Shown piece after piece: positions 43,115 through 55,718 of a stretch of 64,000 bases of DNA. The position numbers were made by a program, and so were the translations under genes. Numbering within the stretch: position 1 is the stretch's first letter; each line of letters begins with the position of its first letter. The stretch is taken from positions 60,264,001-60,328,000 of the forward strand of contig OX597828.1 in assembly GCA_951406725.2 (NCBI GenBank). The letters run 5' to 3'. This DNA is from Octopus vulgaris (taxonomy: Eukaryota). The notes beneath the pieces are model-generated. The model ran no database searches. It saw only the letters and a program-made list of their open reading frames with translations, and was not told the origin of the DNA.

Positions 43115-45267
43115 GTAATGAATAATTTGTCTTCAGTTTTGTGCTTTTTTTCAAAATTAAACAATTTCTTTTATAAGATTGTTTGAGGAGATAACATAGT
43201 TAGACTGGTGAGTTTGACATTATTGATGTTTGAATCTCTGTGGGTAGATGTGTAGGAAAAACTTGAACGAAATGGAACTCAAGAAAGGAAGAACTGAGCA
43301 AAATGTTTTGTGTTAGGTATGGGAAGTGAAACTGTTGGGAGTGGTGAGGATAAGAAGCAGTTATGTTGATTTGATGTAAGTGGTAAAGGTGGTGATGTAG
43401 GTATGTGGTTAGCTAATTCAGAAGAGTAGAGGTATTTTAATAGTAATAGAAGGGGTAATGAGGAATTAGTATTCGCATTTTGTCTATTTCTAATCTAGGT
43501 ACCAGGTGGTCATGGATGTGCTAGAAACAACTGCTAAATCTCCCTTAAACCACACACCTTTTCATGGGATTTTTCTTTTTTTTTTTTTCACTAAAAGGGC
43601 TTCTATTGTTTTAAGTGTGTAATGAGTGTGTGTGTGTGGGGGGGGGGGGGGAGGCCAAAATCAGCCACAAATTTTCCCAGTTTATTTTTTCATGAAAAGT
43701 TTCCTTGTGTCGCTTCCAAGGTTGTGGAGACCAAAAAAAAAAAGAGCATCCTGATCCAAAACTCCACCATGTTTAATAGTCCATAAAAATTTTATTCAAG
43801 TGCTAAAACTCAAATTCCTGTATCTTGTTCTTTTGGATTTAGCTAGGTCTGAAAACACTGCAAAATTGACTTTTTATTACATATAGCAAAATAATCTTTA
43901 CAAAAATATTTTAAATATTACCAAAACAAGAAAAGTTTCTTGGAGAACATGAAAAAAAAAAAGGCAACTTCTTTACCATGGACACTATTAATTTGTGTAA
44001 TTTGAAGATGATTATCACTTCAGTTTCAAAGATATGACATTACACATATGGTTAATTATTCATGTAGGCCAATTATGCAAAATTTCAACCCAATTCGCTT
44101 ACCATTCAAACAGTCATATTTCCTGAAATATTCATCCAAATTTCACAAATGAGGTACCAAACTGTTTCTTTTTGGATGTTCTCCAATGAAAAGTACAGTA
44201 GAATTTACATTTAAATATTTTCCAAAATTCTGGAAGGGAAAACTAGATATTCACCAAATCTTCATAGTTTTCAGATTTGTTGTTGTTCAAAAACTTCTGT
44301 GAATGTTACCCTGTTATTTTTTCAGTAGGTTTAACTAATTTATAAACCAAGCTCATCTTTAATTAACCTTCTTATCTTAAGCCCTTCAAAAATAGTTGTA
44401 ATTTCTCTTGATTTTGACCAGGAAATTGTCCCCATAGATATTTGAAAGAGTCACCTACCTTACCTAAAACTTTAAGAAATTATACTGGTAGCCTGATGTT
44501 TCCTGGTTTTACTGAATGTTTGTGATGTTTTCCAATACTAAAATCTCTTCTTTCTGGTCATCCCTTTGTTTTCATATAACATATCATCATCTTTTAATGG
44601 TGGGTGGATTTAAAAACATAACTTCTTTGCTTGCCAAGCAATATACAATATACTTTCAAATCTCCACATTACGGCCAACTGTTTGAAGTGTTTGAACTTA
44701 TTCAGTGCCACTTTCATTGTTTTATAACATAAATGCTTTCTTTCTCTATGCTGCTTGATGATGGTGTAGGTATTTGTCTTTATTATTTATTTATTACCTT
44801 ACTATCTTGTTCTCTGGTTCTTTTGCTAGATTATAAATGAATGGTTGTGGCATATATGCTTTCTAAGAAATTAACTTGACTTTCATCATGTAGTGTTATA
44901 GATGCAATTTTTATTTTAAATTATTAGAATGGACTAGATCAAAAGCATAAATACCATTGGTAATTTTCCTAACATGCCAAAAATGAGTAATTACATATTT
45001 CTGGTCTTAGCAACTGATGTTGATGTGTTAATCTAAAACTGATATTACATTTGGAATTAGTGCTATAAAATTAACTTAGATGAAAGCAAAATTGTTGCAG
45101 ACCAGTGTAGTTCGTAATTTTATGAATTTCATGAGCACTTTTGGTGAAAAAGACTAATTATGGTGTACTCTATACATAATCGTGAGTATCCCCCCCACAC
45201 ACACAGAGCTTTATTTATTGAAATACTAACACATAGAATACTGCTTTCAAATATTTAATGAATCATA

Positions 45268-46075
45268 TGAGGGTGGGCTGAAAAGTTCATAGGCTGGCTA
45301 TGGAGGAGTGGTGCTTGAGCTGTGACATCTTGTATGCATTAATTTCAACCCTTGTTAAAAACTGGAATGTTTCTTTCCAGGTTGATCTGACATATGACAG
45401 TTCAATGAAAACTTCAAAAGTAACTAGTAGCAACTCTTGTAAGAGCTTAGCCCCTAAAGGCATTCATGCTAGCATGGTTTCCAGATTAGAGGATGATACT
45501 CCAGTTTCATCACTGGTGCAAAAGTGGGGAGCTGAATTTCGGAGGGGAAGCGAGATTCTTGAAGATTACCCATGGTCTGGACATCCTGCATCTGCCATTA
45601 CCAAGGAAAACATTGACCATATTCTCCTTATGATGATGGATGAAAAGTGAATGACTATAAATCAAATAACTAATGTTATTAGCATATCCCGTGAGAGAGT
45701 TGAAAATATTCTGCTCAATGAACTTGGCATGACAAAGGTTTCTGCTTAGTGAGTGCCATAACTTCTGACACCTGATCAAAAGTGCACCAGGCTGATCACA
45801 TCAGGGGAAAATTTGATATTGTTTGTAGCAGATCCAGCTAGATTCATTGAATGTTTCCTAAACCAGGATGAGTGTTGGCTTTATCACTTTTAGCCAGAGA
45901 CAAAGAGACAATCCATGCAGTGGAAACAACCTTCCTTATCTGCTCTAAAGAAAGCCAAGGTTGTTTCATCTGCAGGGAAGTCGATGGCCTCGGTTTTGGG
46001 GGATGCAAAAGGCATTGTGTTTATTGACTGTCTTCAAAAGGGCCGCACCATCAATGGAAAGTACTATGCCAACTT
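45268..46075 (+). mobile_element. Mariner element, 3'-truncated and decayed
   Basis: TA plus TIR-like tgagggtgggctgaaaagttcatagg; remnant VP.LLTPDQK, QDECW.YH..PETKRQSMQW, GIVFIDCLQKGRTING.YY. Confidence 0.85.
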
Positions 46076-46171
46076 AAAATTGATAAGTGAATAGCCTGGT
46101 CCATTGCTGATCTAAATTATGTTATATTCTATTAAATTGTATATTATTTATATTCTACTTAAACAACCCAG

Positions 46172-46256
46172 ATCATTCAAAGAGAATTACTTCAAGGATT
46201 TGTTGAGTGTATGGAGAATGAAGAAGAAGAAGAAGTTGCTCCTACAGAAGGTCAAA
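46172..46256 (+). CDS. NUP205: Nup205 exon (IIQRELLQGFVECMENEEEEEVAPTEGQ)
   Basis: cccag/gtaagt, phase 0-1; matches human ISQKLMAGFVECLDCEDAEE. Confidence 0.9.
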
Positions 46257-46803
46257 GTAAGTTTTCATTTTCTGTTTTTTCTGATTGTAGTTCACATTTT
46301 ATTGATAACTCTATGTAGACTTAACTATTGGACGAAGTTGAAGTACTTGATTTTAATACGAGAGGAGTTATGTAGTCTTCTATAAGTTTCTCTGTCGTGT
46401 TGCTTTTCACATCCCCACATCTTTAGAATTGTAGGAATTTTTGTGCAAAAGTATTAGAGATGTAAGAAGTCATTTGTATGCTTAGGTTTTTTGGAGCTTT
46501 TTGTAGTATTCATATCAAACATTTTAGAGATATCAAATATTTTTATCACAGGCTTCTCTGAAGTTGTTTCTTAGCCCCAGTTATTACTTTCACATATCTT
46601 AATCCTTCCATCCACCATAACAATGTTTAGAAAATGAAGTTGCAACAGAGATTTAAAATGCATCTTACCTTCCCTGGGGTATTTAACTTCTTCATTTTTT
46701 TTTTAAGGAGTGTGACTCTATAAAGAACTTTGGTATTTCTTAATTGAAGTTTCTTTCTGCTTTCTGTTTATGGAAACTAACTTCACTTTTCCTTTAATTT
46801 CAG

Positions 46804-46959
46804 AATTTCTCAACATGCTAGAAATTCGTAACACGATGCGTAAACATTTGATGCAACTGTTAATCAACTCTTTAGATTACCCTGCACCAAATGTTGCCCT
46901 TTTCCTCTTGGGATTTGAACTCAGAAAGCCAGTTGAGAAAACCAACCTTCAAGATCCTG
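46804..46959 (+). CDS. NUP205: Nup205 exon (..LINSLDYPAPNVALFLLGFELRKPVEKTNLQDP)
   Basis: tttcag/gtaagc, phase 1-1; matches human PNLALYLLGFELKKPVSTTNLQDP. Confidence 0.97.
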
Positions 46960-47039
46960 GTAAGCTCTACTTATATTTCTGTGATTTTTATCAAATTTCA
47001 ATTTCCCTGTAAAATTAATTACATTTATTATATTCTGAG

Positions 47040-47335
47040 GAGGTTGGACGTGGCTTATATATTGACCTTTGGTGATGTACTGTGCTTGTGTAGACATGTC
47101 AAGCCAAGTGAGACCATAGTTGTGGCCGATGCCAGTGTCTAGTTATTGGCACCCATGCCAGTGGCACGTAAAAAACACCCACTACACTCTTGGTGTGGTT
47201 GGCATTAGGAAGGGCATCCAGCTGTAGAAACCTTGCCAAATTAGATCGGAACCTGGTGTAGTGATCTGCTTTCAGTCAAACCATCCAACCCATGTCAGCA
47301 TGGAAAATGGATGTTAAATGATGATGATGATTATG
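47040..47335 (+). mobile_element. Short RTE 3'-end copy
   Basis: gcacgtaaaaaacacccactacac..aagggcatccagctgtagaaac..gttaaatgatgatgatgat. Confidence 0.8.
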
Positions 47336-48330
47336 AGGCAATGAATTTATGAGTTAGAAGAAGAAAATGAAGACAAAAGAGTCTGTACCCATCAGGGCAA
47401 ACATAATTGAACCTGGTTATCCATTTTTAACCTTCTAAACACTAGACACAAGATACCGCATAACATGAAATGAGATTACTAACCTCCCACTCAGCCCTGC
47501 TCTATCTTGTGATGGCTAAAGGACATGGTGAATGATCCTCATGACCCTCTCTCAATGCTGCTGAACTGGTGTTTTGAAAGAGGGGGGAAGAATCAACCCA
47601 ATACTTGTGTTCTATTTATTAAACCTCTAAGAATGAAAAGCAAAGAATTCAAACTCAGAACACAAGGATGTGAAATAATTTCTGTACAGCATTTGTCCAA
47701 TGTTCTGGCCATTCTTCTCATCAACCAGCTTAATTTTGTGTATTCTGTACTTTAAAAATGATGGAGTGGTTACCACTTGGATGTCTGCTGGATCAGGGCT
47801 GTCCTACATTAAATGATGATAATTAAAAGCAGCATCCGTAATGTAACCAGCCTCAAATACCAGTGAATTGATCACCTCTGATTGTAGATATGCACATGTT
47901 AAGGAACAAACAAATATGAAATTGAAATATATGAATCTGAATTTGAAAGAGCTCTTTTGAACAAGGAAATCTTGAAGTTTGACCCCACTGCCTGGACTTT
48001 GGAGTAATGATTGTTAATGGTTTGCAAGATATTGGCCAAACCAAGAAGGAAATGCAGCAAGTCTGACCCATTTTAATAAAGTTTTAAATATACTTTAGGA
48101 TTATTATTAAATTTAGCTGCCAGAATTCTATAATGGGAAAAATGTGACACCCAAGAAATAACTATATTCTAAAATTTTTATCCAATTGCCAAAGATCTCT
48201 TAGTACTTGTGCAGTTCATGAGAAATCTATGACCTTGTTGCTACATGTCTTGCAATTGATGGAAAATCACTTTGTGTTTTTCCCTTTCTTTTTCCAGCAG
48301 CTCCATAAATCTTCTGTCTTACATCCCTTA

Positions 48331-48658
48331 GTGAAGGTGTGTGGCTTAGTGGTTAGGGTAATCAATTCACAATTAGAAGGTCGTGAGTTTGATTCCCTCT
48401 GATGCATTGTGTCCTTCAGCAAGACACTTTATTTCACATTGCTCCAGTCCACTCAGCTGGCAAAAATGAGTAGTACCTGTAATTCAAAGGGGGCCAGCCA
48501 TGTCACATTCTGTGTCGCACTGAATCTCCCTGAGAACCACATTAATGGTACGTGTGTCTGTGGAGTGCTCGGCCACTTGCACATTTATCTCGCAAGCAGG
48601 CTGTTCTGTTGATCGGATCAACTGGAACCCTCGTCGTCATAACCGACGGAGTGCCATA
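48331..48658 (+). mobile_element. tRNA-derived SINE (family 3)
   Basis: A box tggcttagtgg, B-box-like gtttgattcc, then gtgtcctt..gcaagacactt and tccactcagctg..aaatgagta typical SINE core. Confidence 0.75.
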
Positions 48659-49742
48659 TCACATATTAATTATCTTTTGCTCTAATGAATTTTTAGCAAA
48701 AGCAATATTCTTGATATTTGGCATGTAAATTTCTCAGCAAAGTTACTTGTTAGACTGCTTCGTAGTTGTATGAATCAATTAGATGCTTTCCAATATATAT
48801 GTTATTAATTCTGTTGTACCTTGTGGATTCAATTATGTTTTACACTCCCTTCCATTAAACAACCTTGCTGCTGTTACCCTCTCGGCACATAACAAAGCTG
48901 GCCAGTATGACCTAGCAGTTTGTATCACACTTTCACTTAATGTTTTAGGTGCTTGTATAGTTGTGAGCAGATGTAGATACTATCAGCTGTACCTCCTTTG
49001 ATCCAGCAGACATCAAGAACGTGGTGGCTGTAGTGATAAAGTACTGCACTGCAGTTGGCTGATACTCATTTCCAGCTGAGTAGACTGAAGCAATGTGCCT
49101 CGCTTGTGGACTCAACATATCACTCACTCACGGAATAGGATCCCTACACTCTAACTCAAGGTCAGATGCTCTTCTGAATATGCAGCTACCTTCCAGTCCT
49201 TTTTAGCCTTGGGTATGAGTAGTGAACAAATTGCAAGAGTGTGACAAAAGCTCAAAACTAAGAATCAAATAAATGATGAAGAGATGAAGCATGATCAAAA
49301 TCAATGTATAAGTGTTTTTTATTTGCAAAACACACAATTTTAAACTATAATAATATCTGCACACCCTAACATTATAGGATAATAAGTCTTGTTAAACATT
49401 TTGATTTCAAATATATGCTTAATATCTGCAGAGAGCAAAAGAAGGTTCAATGATTTACAAAACGATGAGGAGAATTAAGTCATAAAACAAGAGAGTTAAT
49501 AGATTTGCAATTATAATATATTACCATCCTTTTGACATTCATTCTTTCCCTGCTGGCTTCAGTTGAGTCTTATTCTGTGGCCAGATTCCTCTATTGCAAC
49601 CAACATTTACCTGTTTTTCAAGTGAACTGTTTCTAATTTGCCTCACATTTACAAGCAACAAAGCTGCTGAGTTACAGGAGACACATCATCATCATTGTTC
49701 ACTGTCAAATGTGAAAACATGGAGATAAATATTTGCACATGT

Positions 49743-49779
<37 letters not shown>

Positions 49780-50182
49780 AGTATATGTGCACATGCACAC
49801 ACACATACACATGCACACACACACATACACACATAAATATGGCAGGCTTCAGTCTCATTTTCATCTACCAACACAAGCCTAGGGCTTGATTAGAAGGCAC
49901 AAGGTCCTACACTCTGGGATAGAAGCTAAAACCACATACTTGCAAAGCCAACTTTGTGTCCCTGTAGCCTTGCCTGCACCTGATAATATGTATCAATTGT
50001 TGCAGCTGCTACTGTTTTTCATTCCACATGGAATAAAATGCACCTTTTTCCACTTGTATACTGAGACTAATTGAATTAAATTTTAAACTATTTTAATTTT
50101 GGCATTTCTTAATTGAAACATTATAGCATTTAAAACTACTGGTTATTTTATTTTCCTAACTAATTGTATTAACAACCTTCAG

Positions 50183-50428
50183 GTGTTCTTGGATGTCCCC
50201 GAACTTGTCTCCATTCATTGATAACTATTCTGAATCGTGGTGTTGGAAGCCGCACAGGACCTCGGTGTTTGACTTTCACCCCACAACTTGCTGAGTTAGC
50301 TTACCATCTACTTTATGTGCTATGTGCAAACAAAGAAACCTCCCCACCAACAATGCGCTACCTGAGAACTGTGCATGATTTTTTCTATCGGCAACTTAAA
50401 CATCTTCCATTTATTGGAGAATCATCCA
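50183..50428 (+). CDS. NUP205: Nup205 exon (GVLGCPRTCLHS...TMRYLRTVHDFF...LPF)
   Basis: ttcag/gtaaga, phase 1-1; near identity to human GVLGCPRTCLH..PQLAEL..PTMRYLRT. Confidence 0.97.
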
Positions 50429-51339
50429 GTAAGAAATTATCTTTTTATCTTGTGTGTGTGTTGTATATCTTATTAAATCTCACCTGTAAATTAATTAAAG
50501 CTGGGAGTATTTTTGTTTAGTTCATAATATGCTTGTTAGATCATAGGTTCATACACCTTGTCAGATATAGCATTGTGTTTGCAGCTGCATTCTCTGTTTT
50601 GTTTGTTTGTTTGTTTTTTGTTACATTTGAAAACTTGTAGAAGACAACCTTCTTAAAAATCATATCATATTTTTCAAGAATGCTTACAGTGCTTCCATGT
50701 TTAAACTGGCAAGGGAAAAAAAAATAATGTTAAATAAATATTGGATGAGATATTTTGAAATGTGAAAGATTTAGAGAATCTATTTACACTGCATAGATGC
50801 TGTTTTATGTTGTCATGAATGAAGCTTGTAGAATCACATCTTACATGATCACTTATAGTCAGCACATGCATCACCTAATTCAATTAATTTTGTCATGATT
50901 TACTCGATATTGACTGATTTTGTTTTAGTTTGTCAATATTTTTATCGTAAGCTTTTAATGTATAACATGAAAATTTATTCTTTTCCGTATATAATTATGA
51001 TTCATTGCTAGATTTATTTGAATCACATTGGTTAACAATACTGAGTAAATAATTTTCTGGAAACTGTAAAGGGAACAAATAAACTAATATAGCTCATTTT
51101 CCACTTTTATTACACTCAATTTTACCAATATAGGACATCACTTACAAAAATTTCTATACTGGCATGCAATTAGAAACTGAAGAAGCTCATGCAGAGGAAA
51201 GGAAAAGTCTAAAAAAGATGCAATAAAGAATTGGTACTCTATAGGCCAGAAGTGAGGGTGCTTAAGAACCAAGATGGGCTCATAGTGAAGACAAAGAGAA
51301 GAGGGAAACCTTCCACATGATAATTTTTAAATCATCAAT

Positions 51340-52060
51340 GAAGTCCATTCTCCACTGCCTCAAATTTTGGAAAAGGTGCCACCTATTCTGGTTTGTGAAA
51401 TTAAAAATACCCCCAAGCTGAAGAGACCAAACAAAGCCTCAGGAAAAGATGTTATGACTACAGAGATGTTAAGATGTGAAGGTGAAGAGCTTTGAGAATT
51501 CCTTGTTCTATGCTTCAGTTGCCATCTGAAGGTGGGTAAAATACCCTCGTTGTGGAAAGAGTTGATACCATCTTGCTTCATAAGAAAGGCAATAAAGAAG
51601 ATTCAAGAAGCTATTACCCCACATGCCTCTTGTCTCATCTCTATAAACTGTTTACAAAGGTTATGGTTACCAGAACATTGAGATATCTCAATGACCAGCT
51701 GCTGAGAAAGAAAACAAGTTTCTGTAAGAACTACAGCATTGTGGATCACATATTCACTCTAACACAACATATAGAATGAGTGAAAGAATACAAGGTGCAT
51801 TCTTTTGGTCCACTACAAAAAGATTGGGAATGGCATCAAACCAAGAAATACCATCTTTTCCAAATTCTCCACTGTATGTTTAGAAATGGTCATTGGCAAT
51901 AATGATTAGATGAATAGACTGAACATCAATGGCAAGCTACTGACACACCTCCAATTCATTTCTGAAACAACAGATCAGCTGATCAGAAATGATGATGTTT
52001 GTTGTGATGAGAAATAGACTGGACCCCCTTGTGAGAAATAGACTGGACCAAGCAATTATA
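51340..52060 (+). mobile_element. Decayed RTE-like LINE remnant (different family)
   Basis: LLHKKGNKED..Y.P.CLLSHLYKLFTKV..DHIFTL in ORF 51552..51779. Confidence 0.65.
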
Positions 52061-53343
52061 AATAGTAGCAGTTGGAGTGAAGTTTGTCTGTTACAGTTGA
52101 GTTTGCAGTGAAATTGGAAGGTTGGCTGCTATTTCATTTGGAATATTGATTGTTGGATCATTATGTCATTATTACAGCTGCATCATTATCTTGTTTATTG
52201 TTACAACACTGGTACAATGTATCAAAACTGTCACAATATCTGAGCAGTTCTATGACACTGGAGATGGAGGATACAACATTTGGCAATGAGGGTTTTGAAG
52301 CTCACATAAGTTGTTTAACAATTTGTTCGTGATACAACTTGTTAAACGATGGAAGACCTATTAGCTTCCATAATACAATTGCAAAAGCAACAACAAGAAC
52401 AGTAGCATTGGGCTGCAGGAGCAGCAGGCTGAGGAGAAACAAGTGCAGGACGAGTTACAGTTTGGTTCATTAGGGATTGAATGTAACATGGGTATAGAAT
52501 ACCTAATATGCAGAACTTTCAGGACTCAGTTTCTTTGAGTCTTCTCAAGAGTTTCAAATTTTGGAGATGGGGCTAAGTTGATTATATTAACTCCAGTACT
52601 CAACTGGTACTTATTTTATTGACCCCAAGTGGATGAAAGATAAAGTCAGCCTCAATGGAATTTGATCTCAGAGGATAAAGATGGAGCAAATGACCCACCA
52701 TTGCTTGTCACTACCTTACCACCAACTACAACTAGGATTTGTACCGCAAATGCCATAAATGTCTACTGTTGTGGCAGTACCACCACCACCACAATACGAA
52801 TGTAGAAGCCATTGTCACCACCACTGCTGTCAACCTACAGCAAGCCATCCACCACCACCTCCTGTATCATGACATCTTTGGCTAATGACACCGTTTTTGG
52901 GGGAACAACTGTGGTTATTACAATCACTGGACAAAATGGGGTCACTGCCCATTCAGCAATATAAAGGCAGGGTCTACATAAATGCACATCTCTAAAGTGT
53001 ATTCTTCTGATGATGATGGGCTTCTGTGCCTGAAATATAAAGGTTTTTCAACTTTCCCTCTTTGAATTGTTTAGAAGCTCTCCTCTTTTCATTTTGGTTT
53101 ATTCATCTTTGTTATAAACTAGCCTTTGACCAGCATTATGATGTCTTCAGACATAGCAACTGCCAGTTAATGAAGCACATGTTGAATAAATCTAAAAAAA
53201 TTATCTTCAGACTTTTTTTATTTTTGCTTATATATATATATATATATATATATAGTGTGTGTTTGCATATACTTGTGTGTATTAGTATGAGCATATATAG
53301 ATATGTGCGTGTGTATGTATATGTATAAAATTGTTTTTTTTAG

Positions 53344-53487
53344 AAAGCCCTTTGATGAACCAGCAGTCTTGGCTTTTGAAAGCTATGGCTCTAGAATTGC
53401 GCCTGACATCCATGAACAGACATCGCTCCCACACTCAGCGCTTAATGAAATTACTGCTTGAAGATGTTGATGTTGATCACATTTCAG
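53344..53487 (+). CDS. NUP205: Nup205 exon (SPLMNQQSWLLKAMALELRLTSMNRHRSHTQRL..)
   Basis: ttttag/gtaagt, phase 1-1; matches human NQMSWLMKTASIELRVTSLNRQRSHTQRLL. Confidence 0.97.
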
Positions 53488-54134
53488 GTAAGTTCTTTGA
53501 ATCATTTAATCAAGTGTAATGATTTTGAACATTTCTGTAATGTGACTAGCATTCCAGATTTTTACTTGCTTAGATGTGCTACTAAATAATACACCTGATC
53601 ATATTTCTGATTGTTTACTGAAATAAAATTGCCAACATAGTGAAAACAGTCAATACTTGAATTTAATATTACCCCTGAGCATTGTTTCATTGATCATAGA
53701 TGTATTGCTTCTCAGAATTATAGGGAATTTGTATGTCACTCACACTAATGTTTTGCTTATTTATGTGTAAGTAGAAACTCACAGTACGAGTGCACCATTG
53801 TACAAGTAATTTACTGTACAAGCTAAGTCTAATGTGAATTTTTGTCTTGAAGTACAAGTGGAAATTGGCAGTACAAGTGAGTGAAAAATGGATGTAATCC
53901 TGGTATTCTATTGATTTGATGAGCTAGCCTTCTATACCTGCATTATCTTGGTAAAATGTACAATAGTACTAGGTAATTTATAACATATGCACTAGTGGAC
54001 ATTGTAAAACAATTCGTTATACACTAAAATGAATTATTTCTCAATGATGTTGGTTATGAATGCATTCATCTCATGCCTCCTGACTCTCTTTATATTCTAT
54101 ATATGTATGTGTGTGTATGTATGCACACAGGAAC

Positions 54135-54295
54135 ACACAACGGGCTTCTTTCAGTTTCAGTCTGTGAAATCCACTCACAAGGCTTTGGTTAGCCTGAGGC
54201 TATAGTAGAAGACACTTGCCCATAGTGCCATGCAGTGGGACTTAACTTGGAACCATATGGTTGGGAAGCAAACTTCTTACCACAGTCATTCTCAC
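54135..54295 (-). mobile_element. SINE family 2, 5' half
   Basis: Reverse complement of gtggtaagaagtttgcttcccaacc..gtcccactgcatggcac..ggcaagtgtcttctactatagcc. Confidence 0.8.
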
Positions 54296-54931
54296 ACCCA
54301 TATATTGTTGAATATTTCTTCTTTATGAGCATTAACTTTAAAGCTGATGCTTTCTGCACACGTGTGCATTATTATTGACTTTGACACGTGAATGCATTTA
54401 ACCTTCCATATGTAAAAAGCAAGTTTCTCTCAAATCATACCACTCTTTTTTTTACAAAAGGAGAAAATAGAAAAGCTCACTGATAATACAATGCCCGAAA
54501 AAACATGTTGGTCAAAACTGGAATCCTTTTGATCCTAAATCTTCTCAATAAAGGCTGATTTGGAGGTAGCAACAACTTCAAAATAGTTACAACTTATCAT
54601 CTCTCAAAATAATAACCCTTCCTCTAATTTCACATTAATGAATGTCTCAACAATCCTTGCTAACTAATTCGATTTTATTTCTCATCACACTTTCTTTTGT
54701 ACTTTGGGCCTTTTTTATTTTAGCTAATCACCTCAAACAATTCACGCAGCTGATACACCTCTTCAACCCTCATGACTACACATTTATAACATAACCAAAA
54801 CAATACCCCAAAAGCCAAACTCTCTAGAAAGTTTGTTAATAAAAACACTGTTATCAACAAAGACTGACTTCAGCTGTGTCAGTCACTAAAAATGGTTGGT
54901 AAAGTTACCTGTTAATGGACTTCATTTTAAA

Positions 54932-55686
54932 TGAGTCTGACAACTCATTGCTTTCACCAACACTTTATTTACGTAGATTGAAACAATGACAAAATGGGTC
55001 TTCAGTATACTTGAAATGTGAAGGAAAAGATGATGGATAATGTAACACATGATGTATGGCTAATTGAATGTAATGTAATAAATGATAATATATATGTGTG
55101 TTTAGTTATAATCCTCTATGGCCTTCCAAAATTTTTGGAGGGAAGGAAAGAAGACTGATAATATGTTGTAAATGGTTTAAGAAAATAGGATAATTAACAT
55201 GAGAGACAGTTAATTAATATTGATGGTGTTATGATCAAGGAGCAATGTGTCAGTTGTGCATCAGGCTTTGCCAGTTGGGCGAAGCTATGAACGGGGCAAT
55301 TGCTGGAAGTGGGATCAGTTGCATCAAACAAGGGCCACTCTTGGAGGCCAGGGGTGATGTGTGATCATAAGGCTTGAAGGGCTCTTGTGGTACAACCATT
55401 GGTGGCACAGCCTGAGGTAGGTGAGGCAGTAAAGGCAGGGAAGTTGGTGTGGTTCTTGGGGTAGGTGGTGAAACACATTTGTGTCACCCTGATGCATTGA
55501 GTGTAATGCCTGGAGGACCTGCATGTGAAGGGCGGTAAGTATGACAACCCTGAAGCTAGTAGTTCATTGAAGCTAGTAGTTCATCACAAAACTAGTAGTA
55601 ATGCCGCAGCTCTGGTGGGACTTTGGAACAGTCTTCTAGGAAGCTGTATTCAATTGCATCCGTGAGTTTGGTCATGCTTGGGTTGC

Positions 55687-55718
<32 letters not shown>

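Noticed and set aside
43590-44400. Possible DNA transposon bounded by aagggctt/aagccctt
   Set aside because: Only an ~8-bp inverted match, no TSD or coding remnant.
46319-46375. Extra NUP205 exon after tgtag
   Set aside because: Stop codon in the required phase; neighbouring exons already join in frame.
48331-48400. tRNA gene
   Set aside because: A/B boxes present but no complete cloverleaf; continues into a SINE body.
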